Source: Harriotta raleighana
Lineage: Eukaryota
Length of the DNA: 64,000 nt
Reading direction: 5' to 3'
NCBI GenBank assembly: GCA_050575255.1
Contig: JBNZDD010013642.1
Span: 3,545,832 to 3,609,831, forward strand
Under the pieces are notes generated by a model, which did no database searches, was not told the origin of the DNA, and saw nothing but the letters and a program-made list of their open reading frames with translations. Position numbers and translations under genes: made by a program. Of the stretch, positions 1-12,822 are shown one piece after another; the stretch's first letter is position 1, and each line of letters opens with the position of its first letter.

Positions 1-275
1 AGAGGGGTAGGGCGGGGGGAAAGTGGGAGAGAAGGACAGGATGGGAGTAGCGGATGGAGGGGATTGGGAGGGCAGACATTTAGGAAGGTGGGGGGGCTTG
101 GGTCGGGGCGGCAGTCAAAATGCGCACGCAGAGAGCCGAGAGCAAGGGATCAGTGGGGTGGCATCATCCTACAGGATGTGTGGCCATGGCTAGAGGGTGA
201 CTAGCCAAGTCAGCCCTGCCATTGACACCTATCCTGAGGGTGGGGGGGTGACGATCTATATGTAAGATGCAGATG
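1..275 (-). repeat. Purine-rich composite repeat fragment carrying a SINE (Deu-like) core motif; truncated by window start
   Basis: G/A-rich tract with GCGGCAGTCAAAATGCGCACGC (108-129), similar to GCGGCAGCCAAATTGCGCAC in the element at 63.5-64 kb. Confidence 0.4.
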
Positions 276-3200
276 GTCTAATGCTAATGCGCTGATGGTG
301 AGATAAACAGATAAGAAGGGAATTTTTCCCAGTTTACTGACCAACCATTTGCTGTACAAATTCACAGTCACTACCCTGTACAGGATATCCTATGGGGCAC
401 TTTGAGATGTCCTCTTGACATGAAAGGCATTATATATACCCTAATGTAAGGATTATTTTAGGATTATAATTTGGAGTTTTGCTAACCTATCTTTAAGGAT
501 CACGAAGAAGCTACAGTTTATAAAATATCCCCTCAGGAGATGAAATAAGTAGGAGTCCATCCTACAACAACATCAACAACAAATCAAAAATGACATTTAT
601 ATAGCACCACTCACACAGGGTAGTTTCCCCGAATGCTACTCTAAAATAGATTATACATTGTGTGTGGAAGGAACGGTCTAGTGGGTCAAACGGCCATTTC
701 TTCTTCTGTTCCCTTTAGATTGTTGTCATTTCATGCACAAAATATCGTCAATTCACTTCACTATATATTCCGTGAAGCTTTTTGAGACATCTCAAACACA
801 TGATAAAGCTCTATATCAAATGCAAGGATTATAATTATTTTTCAATTTCTGAATATTTAAAAATGTTCCATATTCAAAAGTATTGCAGTAACTTCCTTTG
901 AACTTGGGACCAGAGACGAGTGGTAAAGAGATGTTTTCTGTGACAGAATTACCTAGAATGTTCCAGCACTAAAACATGCCATTCAACCCTACACACACAT
1001 TGTTGGGGTTTAAACTTTACTTGAGCCTTCATCTGAAACAAAAAGATTTGCTGTCAACGTTCAAGCCTTCATTTCTCCAACCTGTGAATCACGTTATTCT
1101 CACAGGTTATTTCTTAATTTTCAAAACATGTTACAAACACTTTTCCACATCAGCGCTTTATCTCTGGATCAATATGACAAGAGTAGATCTGAATGTTACT
1201 TAATTTGGTAATGACTCCTTAAGCGAGGGTTAAAATATTCTTTTGATTTGAATGTTTCTAACAAAGCAAATTTGGTGAAATTCTAATTTGTTACACAGTA
1301 TAATTCTTACACAGTGCAAGAGATATAAAACACACCCATACAAAGAAGAATGTCATTGATAACAATAAAACAAATTTCTCATACATCAGAATAAAATTGG
1401 TACAGTAATGCAAAAATGTTTTGATCGGTTCCAGCTTGTTGTAAATTGACGCCATGAATACGCTTGCCCTCCTTGAAGTTCCTCTTATGTAATATAGCAT
1501 TGAGAGGATCAGTAGGCAAAATCCCACATCTAATTACATTTTCACCGAACACATTGTTACCAGAGCTGTGCCAATGGATTGCACTATTACTTCTTTATCT
1601 TAAAATCATTCTGTTCCACAGATCTTAATCATCCTATCAAGAAGCGACTAAGATGACTGAGGGAGGTGAATTTCTACTGGTCAGTAAAGCTACTGACCTC
1701 TGAGGTACGTGCATACAGTGAGGCAAACCCAATGCTAGTGCACAGGGTTTTTATCATAGTGCCTAGAATGTCAAAAAAGCATACCAAAGCACTCCGCAGA
1801 GAATTGTTGGCATGTGTAGTGTAGTGACTGTGTATTTATAGGTCAATGCTTGCAACCAATTTTATGCATAGAAAAGTCCCACAAACTGCCATGAAGTGAA
1901 TGATTAATTTATTTGGGGGATTGTTGGTCAGGACACTGAGGAAATATAAGGAAATATATATGAGAGAATTGTAAGTCCTTCCATAAGTGCCATTAAATGC
2001 ACCACACGTGGTTTAGTGTGATTATAGGGTGCGTTAGGTGCAAAATAAGCTTTCTCTGGATGAAAATTAATGCTTAATCTCAGAAAACCAACTTCAACTG
2101 CACATCCATGACTATCGATTTCTAAAAAGTATCGGTTTCTCATTACCCCATGACGTCAATTTCCATAGACACCAAGATTGCCCAAATAATAGCAACTATG
2201 CTAAATTTGGGGCCAATCTGTGTCATGGACAAAAAGTTCATTGGGAATTAGATTGAGTTTGCTCAAAACTCATTTTCACTTAAAGAGTTTTAACTGTCAG
2301 GAGAGGAGAGAAGCCTTTCATTCCCATCTGTCTGAGCTGGAATTCAAGCCCAGTTCCCAAGAGGTGAAGTGACAGCATTCTAATTCACTGGGCTACCGAG
2401 GTACCCGCCACAAACGCTCAGCATTGTCAACGTGCAGCAATCCAAGAGGGCCGCTATCTTTATAAACGATAACTTCTCCAAAACACAGAGTCTATTATTT
2501 AAGTGCTGTACGTTACATGGTAGAGCAAATTGTTTCTCATGCTATCACTTATCTGTTTATGGTCTGGCAACAAAGCAGTTAAAACTGCATTTCCCCAACA
2601 TCATCCTCATCTTGTGCTGGAGAGCCCTTGAGAATGTTATTAGCTGGGTGTTCGCCTGCCATTTTCCATGGGAGGCAGCTGTGTAATTACAAAGCTAATA
2701 GCCTGATTGAGAGAAATCAGATGCAGTGGTTTGTCCAATTATATGATACATTAGCTCTTTCTTTGTAAGCAGCTAATGTGTGAAGCAAAGTGGCATTTCA
2801 AGGGTCAGGATCCTTAAACAAGTGCCGAGTTGCAGGAGATTATTGTGGTTTCTAATGGCTAAAAGTGCTAAATCTTCATTACCAAAAGCACGCAAATGCA
2901 AATGCGGCTGAAACAAAAGAGAGGAGGACTGACAAGACTATTCGGTTTAGAATATGTCAACCTACAGCAGCAATTACAGCAAAATGCATGGAAACTAATC
3001 AAGGACAGTATAATTGTTCAAATTGCATTCTTTGTGGGAGTGCAGAGAATATCGGTGCCTGTGAATCATTTCCTTCTGCAACACTTTTCGCTAAGGCTAG
3101 GTTTGCAAAAACATCAAGTGTGTGTCGTATCCTTTTAAATCACATGAGCAAACTCTCTGAACCACTTTCTAAGAATTGCTGTAGGATTAGGCCATCTTGA

Positions 3201-3784
3201 GTTCTACCATATGATGATGTATAGTTACAATTGAGTTGAAGTCATCTGAACACTGTTGTTAAATCAATCAAATAATCTTGCTTTACGTGTTTGATACTTC
3301 ATGATTCCGTACTGGAACCTATCAAATAATCTTGAAATTTTTGCAATTATTTAACTCAGATTACTTTCACCCACAGGTATCTCAACTTCCTTGCCATGGT
3401 TTTATCATTGGTTTTGAAATCTAAATGGTTGGTTATACAGTGGATCATTGGCTGGAGGGATTTATTAAATTGCCACATGAATTGAACAATTGGAAATACA
3501 ATAATGTATAAATGTGAAGAGATTCAAAACTCTTCTGTGATTTTGCAGCATATCCACTCAACTTAGGTATCCGTCATTTATAGTAACTCCACATGTCAGT
3601 TTTTTAAGGTCTGTAGGCTGGGGGAAGGGGAATGGGTGTCTTCCAATATATATGTTTATCTTTTAATATTAATAGTAATTATCCTTGCATTTTAGTAGAG
3701 TGTGTTCATGTCACGACGAGAATGCCTCAAAGGCACGTCAGAAGATATATGGTAAAAAGTATTATCTGGGTATTCGTAGACAAA

Positions 3785-5061
3785 CATGGCAACAACAACC
3801 ACAAATTACATTTGTATATATACTGCCTTTCATGTTGGGAGGATATCCCACAGCAGCCATTTGCACACAGCATTGTCCCACAAAGAACCATGAAGCAAAT
3901 GACCAATTTTATCTGGGGGATTGGTGGCTAGGAAACTGGAAGAAATTCCCTTCTCTTTTCAAGTAGTGCCATGGAATCTTTAATGTGATTTAGCATCTCA
4001 TCTGAAGGACACGTTTCGCCCCCAAATATACAGTTAACCCTCGTCGATCGCGGGGGTTACGTTCCTGGAAAACTGCGCACTCAACAAAATCGTGTTGGAG
4101 AAGCTTAACAAATAATGGGAAAAGGGGGGGGGGTTAGGGGAATCCAGCCACAGGCTACCCACCTCAAGCCTCCGGTACATCTGACCAATGCAAGGTACGT
4201 ACTGAGCTGGGCTGCAGCCGGCTGGCCTGCTCTCGCCGCTCTCCCTGCTGTCGTCTCCCCTACCACCCAAGAAGTGGGTAAATCAGAGGGAGCCGGGGAG
4301 GGAGGCAGAAAGCAACTGGGGAGAGGAAAGCTGGAGAAGCAGCTGAAGACAGAGAGCCGCCGAGGAGGGGAGAGGAGAGGGCAGGGAACCGCCGGGGAGA
4401 GGAGTGGGCAGAGAGCCGCCGGGGAGGGGAGGGGAGAAGGCCGCCAGGGAGGGGAGGGGAGACGGAAGGGATCTGCCAGGGAGGGGAGGGGAGAGGTTAG
4501 CTAGGCGCCGGGGAGGGCAGAGGAGGGGAGAGGGCAGGGAACTGCCGAGGAGAGGAGTGGGCAGAGAGCCACTGCCGCTTCAACCCAGGCAGGCAGCCAC
4601 CCAGGGAGGAAAGAAAGAAGTGATTTCCAATCTTGATTTCCCAAGAGTGCAATGCACGAGGCCGGCATATTTGCAAATGCACATGCGCGTGGGTATACTC
4701 CAGCGCGTACATGCACGTTTTATGCGCGTTATGCAAAAAGTGACGCTTTTTTTTCTTCGCGGACAGTTGAATTCGCAATCAAGAAAGTTGCTTTCAGCAA
4801 GGGTTAACTGTACAGTCAATTCATTTTACAGTATACTCTGTGAAATTGAGACGTTGTTGAGATGTGAAAAACGCTATATCAAATGCAAGGATTATTATAA
4901 TAATTATAATATAAAAATTATTATTATTATCTCCAAGGAAGCAACACACCCCCAACACTGCTTTAGTGTGTCAGTGTAGGCTATGTGAGTTCAAAGTCAA
5001 AAAGTGGAACTTGCACCCACAACCTTGTGACTCAAACGGAAGAGTGCTATCAACTGAGCCA
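3785..5061 (-). mobile_element. Old tRNA-derived Deu-type SINE (SacSINE1-like), split by nested insertions at 4012-4929
   Basis: (CAA)n tail at 3785, core CAGCCATTTGCACACAGCA..TCCCACAAA; body resumes at 4930 and ends in a tRNA-like head (GAACTTGCACCCACAACCTTGTGACTCA...ACTGAGCCA). Confidence 0.7.
4031..4810. mobile_element. Non-autonomous Tc1/mariner (Tigger-like) DNA transposon, 780 bp, with GA-rich internal repeats
   Basis: TIRs CAGTTAACCCT / AGGGTTAACTG; TA on both sides (4029-30, 4811-12); interrupts a SINE 3' part at CAAATA^TACAGTCAATT. Confidence 0.85.
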
Positions 5062-6570
5062 GGGTGAGTTTATTTTTGAAAACTATCTATTGTAAGGCAA
5101 AAGGCAATAGGATATTTAAGTTTACAAGAAATATGTCTGAAGGCCTGACCGTAGACTTGCAGAACTCTCTGTGTTTCAATGTTTAACAGATGGTCTCATT
5201 GTACTATTCTTCATGTTTTGTGTCAAGAATATTTCACTTTTATCTCTTTCAGGAGGAAATGTTGTTTTTCCACTGCAAAATCAAGAGTGCAAGCACTCTA
5301 ACTTTGCATCTGCAACCAGATCTGTGCATTCTTCAGTTACATAAGGTATAGATCAGCTGCAGCGCTTTAAAGTGCTGCCAAAATCTGTCCAGATACAAAG
5401 CTAGGGCCTTAGAAAGATGTCCTCTATCACGTCAGGTAACAATTTTCTCCTCCAAACTTACATTAACTATATCCTGGAAAATGGAACAAAACCAAGTGCA
5501 GTACGATAATTAATCCCTTAGATCTCACAAACCCAACAACTAAATCACATCTAAATTGCTATTTCTGCATTACTTTTTAAAAAATCAACTAATCCTGCAA
5601 TGATAGAGTGTAGGCAAGTCAAACTTGGTGATGATTGCTGAACATATAATTTAAGAGCTACAGGTACAGTGGTAAAACAAGGGTGGAGGTGAGGGGGAGA
5701 GTGGGAGTGGGGTGTTCAATGCCGTAAATTTATTCGGTAAATATTCCTGCTTGTCAGCCTTCCCAACTCTTCCCTCCACAAGCTGTAGATCATCCAGAAC
5801 TCTGCAGCTCGTGCAGCATCTCAATGTCCATCTCAACACTTAGACTGCTTCTTTGGTTATTTTTTCCCTCTCACCTCCTTTGGCTCACACTGGCAGCTCA
5901 GATGTATAGACACCAGTATTAAGCATTTATAAATTGCTATATAAATGCAAATTGTATTGTATTTTAACTTTGGATCTGTCTGATCTGACCTTTCATCAGT
6001 CTGACAATTCTTGTCGGGCTGATGTTGCTTCTGTCTGATCTGTCTGAGTCCAAATCCTGGATGGGTTGACCAACCCTTGCTGTCCACTATATTAATAATA
6101 ATCTTTGTATTTGAAACAGGAATCCATCACGACATTGAGCTATCTCAAAGCACTTCACTAGATTAAACTGCAAAGAGTAGTGACTGTATTTCTGGGAAAA
6201 TACAATAGGCAATTTGCACAGTTGCTCTTCAGTGACCCCTGCTGGCTGGTGCCCACATGGTGTGTTTGATGTGGAACTAAATGAATGAAAGCACGACAGA
6301 ATTTTGTCACTGTCAAAGTCTGTCAATACTCATACTTTCTCGGTTCATGTGTGAAGACCCGATCATTTTGTCATTGGAACAGAATGATGGTGCCTGGAGA
6401 ACCAAAGGACTCAGAGGGAGGCGAGAGAAGAGAAAAGAGCATATGTTCTTAATGCTTATGATGTGGGTACAATCATAGAACTTTACAGCACAAAAAGAGG
6501 CCATTCAGTCCATTAAGTCTACACTGGTACTCAGAGCAAGATATTAATACAATTCCATTGCCCTGACTAC

Positions 6571-6836
6571 AATAATAACAATAATTCTTGCATTTGATAT
6601 AGCACTTTTCACAACTTCTAGACGTCTCAGAGGGTTTCACAGAATAAAGTGAATTGACTGTGTATTTGTGGGCGAAACGTGGCAGCAAATTGCACACAAC
6701 AGTGTCCCACAAACAGTCGTGGATTGAAATGAGCAATTATTTTTTTCAAGGGATGTGGAATAAGGAAACTTGCCCAAGGTTTTGCCCTGCCAGAAGTTGA
6801 ACCCAGATCTCTCGCTTGCAAGGCAAGTGCTCCAAC
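6571..6836 (-). mobile_element. tRNA-derived SINE with Deu-like core and L2-type tail
   Basis: Reverse complement of the family seen at 8125-8414: (AAT)n tail, GGCAGCAAATTGCACACA core, GGAAACTTGCCCAAGG, tRNA B-box-like GAACCC. Confidence 0.85.
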
Positions 6837-7100
6837 ATGAATGCATATCCTATATTTCTTCAACAAATTGCCCAATGCATTATAGATTTTGGTTGTTGAT
6901 GCAAAAATGCCACTGTGACATTTAGAAGTTATGTCATTTAATGTGCCATTGCTAGCCCAACATGATGAATGCCATATTGTGGGAAGAAATGTGAGGGGGA
7001 AACATCTAGAAAGTAGGATTAACAATAACTGTCATAGCGCAAAACAGGTAGCCCTGGCACAGACAAAATAAAAAGGGGCCAATTCTCTGTTTCAAAGTAC

Positions 7101-7412
7101 TAATAATAATCCTTGCATTTGATTTAGCGCTATTATGGGGGAAACCCAGCAGCCAGTTGCGCAACGCAGTGTCCTACAAAAAGTTGTGGATTGAGTGACT
7201 ACAGTTGTGGATTTACAAAATAAAATAAATTTATATAGCGCCCTCCACACCGGATGGCATCTCAGAGTGCTCCAGGATTTTTGTAGGGACTATTACCCCT
7301 GGAAAGCGAGTGTGGAGTAAGGAAACTTGCCCAGTGTTTTGTCTGGCTGGGAATCAAACCCAGATCTCTCGCTTGCGAGGCGCATTCTCTAACCAGTGAG
7401 CTATAGGACTCC
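7101..7412 (-). mobile_element. tRNA-derived SINE with an internal L2 3'-tail fragment (~7215-7275)
   Basis: Tail TAATAATAATCCTTGCATTTGA, core, head CTCTAACCAGTGAGCTATAGGACTCC; internal TTTATATAGCGCCCTCCACACCGGATGGCATCTCAGAG is the L2 tail. Confidence 0.8.
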
Positions 7413-7570
7413 CATCAAATGGTCCTTCTTTCTTGCCAGTGGAATAAGGAATTTATTGCACGGGTTGCGAGGTAACTATCCGATAAGAGTTACTTTCCCT
7501 CCAGCCACTGGCAGTCGGAGGGAGAAGGAAACAGCTGTGGTCTCAACCTGTCCAGCAGCCAGCATGTGCT

Positions 7571-7584
7571 GTAGCCATGGCAAC
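7571..7584. promoter_or_regulatory. Candidate RFX X-box
   Basis: GTAGCCATGGCAAC, one mismatch from the palindromic X-box GTTGCCATGGCAAC, in repeat-free sequence. Confidence 0.4.
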
Positions 7585-8124
7585 TCACTCGTGATTATCG
7601 ATCCTCAACATTTTGAAGCACCAACAACCTAAAAAGAGCCAAGTGTTATTAAACAGATGACTCGTGAATCAAAAACATTTCTTTTGTGGAAAAAAAAGAA
7701 AACGTCGCTGTCGAAATAAAAGTGGAGAAAACCAGTCCTTCACAAAGCTTAGCTCGTGGTCTAAGATCAGAAAGCACATAGAGAGAAATTACACCTGGGT
7801 CTAAATTTTCTTAACATCCAGATTTCAGAACATTCAGAGTTTTGGCAAATTATTGAATTCAGCTGTAACTTTGAAGCTGGTTTTCTGTAGTTACAATACA
7901 ATACGAATTTACATTTAAATGGTGCCTTTCACGTCAAGAGCACATCCCAAGGCTCTTAACAATGTTGGTTCAGCTTGGCACCCGAGTTCTTAAAAGAAAC
8001 GTACAAATGTGCGAGAGTTTTTACATTGATAGTTACCAGTGAATTGTAATGAGTTATTTTTGTTGATAGTGTATATTTTATAATGTGCGTTGTGACAAAC
8101 TCTAAACAGCCTAGTAAATTTAGT

Positions 8125-8414
8125 GGAGCTCCTGTAGCTCAGTGGTTAGAGTGAGACCTGTGTTCGAATCCAGGCAGATCAAGGCGAAACCTTGGGCAAG
8201 TTTCCTTACTCCACACAGCTAATAATAATTCCTCAAAAAAAAATTGATCATTTCAATCCATGACTGTTTGTCGGACACCGCTGTGCGCAATTGGCTGCCA
8301 CATTTAGCCCACAAATATACAGTCACTTCACTTTACAGTATATTCTGTGAAGCGCTTTGAGAAGTCGATAAGATGTGAAAAGCGCTATGTCAAATGCAAG
8401 GATTATTATTATTA
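8125..8414 (+). mobile_element. Near-complete tRNA-derived SINE (head + CORE-like segment + Deu-like core + L2-type tail)
   Basis: A box TAGCTCAGTGG, B box GTTCGAATCC, CTTGGGCAAGTTTCCTTACTCCAC, GCTGTGCGCAATTGGCTGCC, tail GTGAAGCGCTTTGAG...AAATGCAAGG(ATT)n. Confidence 0.9.
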
Positions 8415-9641
8415 CCTGTGGCTCTGAGATAGAGCTATGTATATAACATATTCCCAGAATCTGGCAATTTATCTAACCCTTCTTCAATCCCCACAAATAG
8501 GCTGTGTCATTGGTCATTCTTAAACTATATGTACCTATAAGCTCTTTGGTTTGGGGCATTTCTTCTCATAACAGCTCATTTGTAGACTCTGTGTCTTGTG
8601 GGTTTTCTGGTCAGCATCATTTCTGGGAAATCTAAACCCAATTTTACGGCTGTTCCTGATATTTGTTCCATGAAAACTGAAAGGCCATCTACTCAAACTG
8701 TCCTGTCACGTCGCCCTGCACAACCCTTCTCCTGACATGAAACCCAAAGGTTCTTGCCTCTCCTGTCTTGCATGAGGCTTAGGGTCACAACAGTGTTTAC
8801 CGAAGAATAAGAGCCATATATTAAAATTGACTGAGCTGTGAGGGGAGATATGGAGAGCAACGTGTGAGATAGCAGTTCCCTATTGGCAGACTCTAATGCG
8901 CTTCTGTGCAAACTTCTCCCCTGACAAAGGGTGTTCCTGGATATTACAAAACTGTGTTTACCCATAACACCCCTTCCTCCCAGATGGCAGAGCCTGTTTA
9001 CAATCCTGTTGGCAAGAATAGAACCAAACTCTGCTTTATGTGCCAGGGTTTGGGCTAAGTCACAGCGAGAGAACTGGACACGACGGGCGCATCAAACATA
9101 CAGCCACAGATTTCGCTCCAAAAGAACACAATTCACTTCTTCATTATCCTATTTCTCAAATGTTAATTTCTCATTTTTGTTTTCAGAAGGATATTCGTTG
9201 TGTGTTGAAATCAAACCTAGCTGTGAATAGTGTTGTATCACTGCTTCTGCGCAACAGTGAGGATATAGAGACTAGACTCGTCCTAAGACTGGGATTTTAT
9301 AAGCAGAAACAGCGAGACAGATTGCAAACCCATGAACTGTGCAGAGCTGTACTGTGGCACACAAAGAAACAGATGCATTTTTTAAAAATCTAAATGAATG
9401 AAGCTTAATTATCTTACAATGAGTCGTTTCACTGTCTCTTTGTATTGCCTGGGAAAAAGATATACATTTTGCTCAACAAGATACTTGGAGAGAGTGTTGA
9501 TGTTATGTGATATCAGTTCTGTACTCCATGTTTTAGATTGGCTGTCTTGATATTGCTCTTCGACTTGAATTGGAAGGTTGTGGGACTTGAGCTCGTAGTC
9601 TAATCTTACTCATAATGAGGCTCTAGATGCTAATAATCATA

Positions 9642-10010
9642 CAGTAAAACCCTGTTTATCCATCACCCGATCAACCGGATTGCTCAACCCCATTCCAGCA
9701 ATCGTGAGTTTGCTCACTTTGCGCATGTGTGCAATGCATGCACATGCACACTTACTAAATTTACAAACTTGGGTTTTTACCGATCGATAAAAAATGCTTT
9801 TTTACCAATCTTTTTACCGAGTGCGCTGGAGTATCCATACAATATTCTGTTACTATTTAGTCTATTATTTAGTCTATTATTAACATGGTATGTTTTAAAA
9901 TAAGTAAATTTTTTATGTTGGGTTTTCGGTAACTTGTCCCCCGTTTATCCGGCACAGTCAATTAGTCGACCCCCCCCCCTCAAGGGTACCGAATAAACAG
10001 GGTTTTACTG
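9642..10010. mobile_element. Tigger-like MITE (family A), 369 bp
   Basis: 18-bp identical TIR CAGTAAAACCCTGTTTAT; TA flanks 9640-41 and 10011-12; homologous to 34168-34532. Confidence 0.9.
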
Positions 10011-10012
10011 TA

Positions 10013-10215
10013 TAATATTAATTCTTGCATTTCATATTGCACTTTTCATATTTTCTAGACATCTCAAAGCACTTCAAAGTATATTTGGGGGAGAAACACA
10101 GCAGCCAATTGGGCACAGCATGAACAGTGTGGATTGAAATGACCAATTGTTTTTGAGGGATTATTATTAGATGTGTGGAGGAAGGAAACTTGCCCAAAGA
10201 TTCCCCCTGCATGAA
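10013..10215 (-). mobile_element. SINE fragment (same family as 8125-8414)
   Basis: Tail, CAGCCAATTGGGCACAGCA core, GGAAACTTGCCCAA. Confidence 0.75.
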
Positions 10216-12469
10216 ACTATTTGAGAAGGGAGTTTCTCCCTGACCAGTACCCTGGGCCAGGTAAATTGGTCATTCTTTACATGAACGTTTGTTGGATCTT
10301 GCTGTGCCACAACATATATGCCAAGTTTTCTTAGAAGCACACAATTTCCTTGAAACACTTTGAGGGGTTTTGATACAAGAAGTGATAAGAGCCAATAAGG
10401 ATTACTATGTAAGTTGATGCAAAGTTAACTCAAAGATTTTGCTGTAGATTTGTTTGTAGAAACATGGGCATTTAAAGCGAAGCTCGCAACGTTTTAGAAA
10501 GCTTTGGTGAAGTTTTAAGGCTTTGGGAAAGAGTGTGTAGTAGTTCAAAATGCTAAACATGTGTTCAGATGTAATCCTTGGGAAAAATGAAAGGAATTAC
10601 TTTCCTGAGCAAAATGGTAATTAGCAACTTAATTTGTACAGTGTTCACAAGGTATTGTTACCCCCTTGTTTTTTTCTACAGTGCACTCACTGACCAACAA
10701 CTGAAACACGTGGGGGAATGATGATAATTGTTTTGAAAAGTACTTAATTGTACTCAGTCAGTATAAATGGTTAACTGTATTTAGATGTTCAGAGAATCAG
10801 TGTGTGTGACAACTTCCGTAACATGGATAGAGTGACTCATCTGCAACAGAAGATAAAAATTAATTGTACGAAAATAAATAGGAGTAACAGGATTTTGTGT
10901 ACATCCTGCACCTCCTGACGTGAAAGGCACACAAGTGTAATGTTGTTGTTGTAGCCTATAAAACACTTCATAGTAAAACTCTTGTAAAGCACTTTGAGAC
11001 TTCACCCTGACATGGAAGGCGCTATATCAAAAGCAAGATTTTTTTTATTGGTAAAGTCTCCTTTTGGTAATCAGCAGTACAGCAGACATATCACTCTGAT
11101 TCACAGTGAATCCACGCTGAAAATAGATTGAGTGGGAGGGAGTTCCCTTCACTTAGGGTGACATACATCTGAATTCCTCAGGGCTCAATTTTGTGGTATT
11201 GCTTAATGGAATTTTTTAGTCACAAGATCCCAGAGGGGAATGCTTCCAATATCCAAATATAGATCATGTTGTAGGGGTGTTCCTGTGAGCCTTAATTAAT
11301 TTATTAATCAAGCAATACCATAAATTGGACCATAGCTTTTACAATTCATAGGTTGCATGAACAGGCAAAATCTGACCACCAGAACAGATCGATTGCTGCA
11401 CAGCAAGTGGTTCGCTTTCTTAACCATTATTGTTGGTGCAAAATTCCTGAGGATGGTGTGATGTATTTGTGGTTATTGAAATAATAATAATCCTTGCATT
11501 TGATATAGCGCTTTTCAAGTCTTCTAGATGTCTCAAAGCGTTTCACAGGATATACTGCAAAGTGAACTGACTGTATATTTTGCGGGCGAAAGGTGTCCTC
11601 GTTCAATATTCTTGATGTACATTCCTATTCAAAATCACCGGAGTTAGGTCACCGATATGTAACTGCTAGGACATTGCATATGAGGGCCTCCAGTTTTGGT
11701 GTGGGCCAGTAACCATAAGAATTGGGAACATTTCATTTGAAGTCACTGAAAAATGGGCTAGGGACTCTCAGTTTCTTTCACTTGTATAAAAGCTGCCAGT
11801 CTGCTGCATGGGTTTTGGTTGGGCAATATCTGTAAGTTGTGAGTTAAAGTGTGTCAAGCATGGACTAATTTATGTTCACCAGAAAGTAAAAATGTTTTGA
11901 GTGCACTTGGCGAAGGTTTCACGGACTCCGAGTGTGTTTGTCGCTAGTAAATCCTTTTTTGTCTCATTGTGTCTGCTTCTACTGATGTTGGAAGCATCAT
12001 ATTCTATTAATCAGACTTTGTTATACAACCTTGCTTGTACACCATGAAAGTTTCCAATTGTGTCATGTTTCTGATAAAGTCAAGGAGCACTCGGAAAATT
12101 CCACTTCCCCAAAAGACAGGCTGCTGTGCCTATCTGAAAAACTACAGAGGCTTCCAAGTAATTCTTCATTGTCTGATTTGTTTGTGTGTGGTTTTTTATT
12201 AGCTTTCCACTTAAAGGGGCGCAGAATGTTGCTGAAGGATAGAGAAGATGGAAGGGGAAGAGGTTTGGCACAATGTGCAGCAGCATGACGACAACAACAA
12301 CTTGCATTTATATAGCGCTCTCCATGCCAGATGCCAGCTCAAAGCGCTTAACAGGAAGACAAGATATAGTATGCAGTATATGATCCAACATTTAAGTGAA
12401 GGAAATGACCAAGAAATGGTGGAGCAGAAATTGCACCTGACTTTACTCTATTTTCTTACCATTGTGCAT

Positions 12470-12822
12470 GGAATTTGGGTTCAAGCCCCTTGTCATATCT
12501 CATACTCTAGGTAGACACTCTAATACACTGCATTGTCAGAGATGCCATCCTTCAGGTGAGATGTCAAAACAAGATTCTATCTTCTCGTCAGGTGGATGTT
12601 GAAGATCCCCTAAAAGAGATGGGAGGTTGACCTATAATCCTCCAGATAAAATTGATAATTTAGTTCACGGTTGTTTGTCGGATATTGTTGTGTACAAATT
12701 AGCTGCTATGATTGTCTATAAATATACAGTCACTACACTTTACAAAAAACTCTTTGAAGTGCCTTGAGACCTTGCAACATTAATTCAATGTTACATCAAA
12801 TGTAAGATTTTTAAATTATTAT
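12470..12822 (+). mobile_element. Old Deu-type SINE, degraded
   Basis: GGGTTCAAGCCCC head remnant, TGTCAGAGATGCCATCCTTCAGGTGAGATGTCAAA, TGTGTACAAATTAGCTGC core, tail to (ATT)n. Confidence 0.65.

Noticed and set aside
1291-1527. Hydrophobic 78-aa ORF as a possible membrane-protein exon
   Set aside because: T-rich composition explains the hydrophobicity; no recognisable homology or convincing splice sites
4115-4979. ORFs of 129 and 191 aa rich in G/R/E
   Set aside because: Translation of the GA-rich repeats inside a MITE; no transposase or other domain
5253-5345. Possible 93-bp plus-strand exon (acceptor TCTCTTTCAG, donor AAG|GTATAG)
   Set aside because: Weak donor, unrecognised peptide, no partner exons found
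8125-8185. tRNA gene
   Set aside because: A and B boxes belong to a SINE head; no complete cloverleaf. The same applies to the other copies
11600-11990. Possible Penelope 3' end with a hammerhead (CTTGGCGAAGG...CCGAG)
   Set aside because: Both core boxes are too degenerate and the upstream GIY-YIG similarity is not convincing
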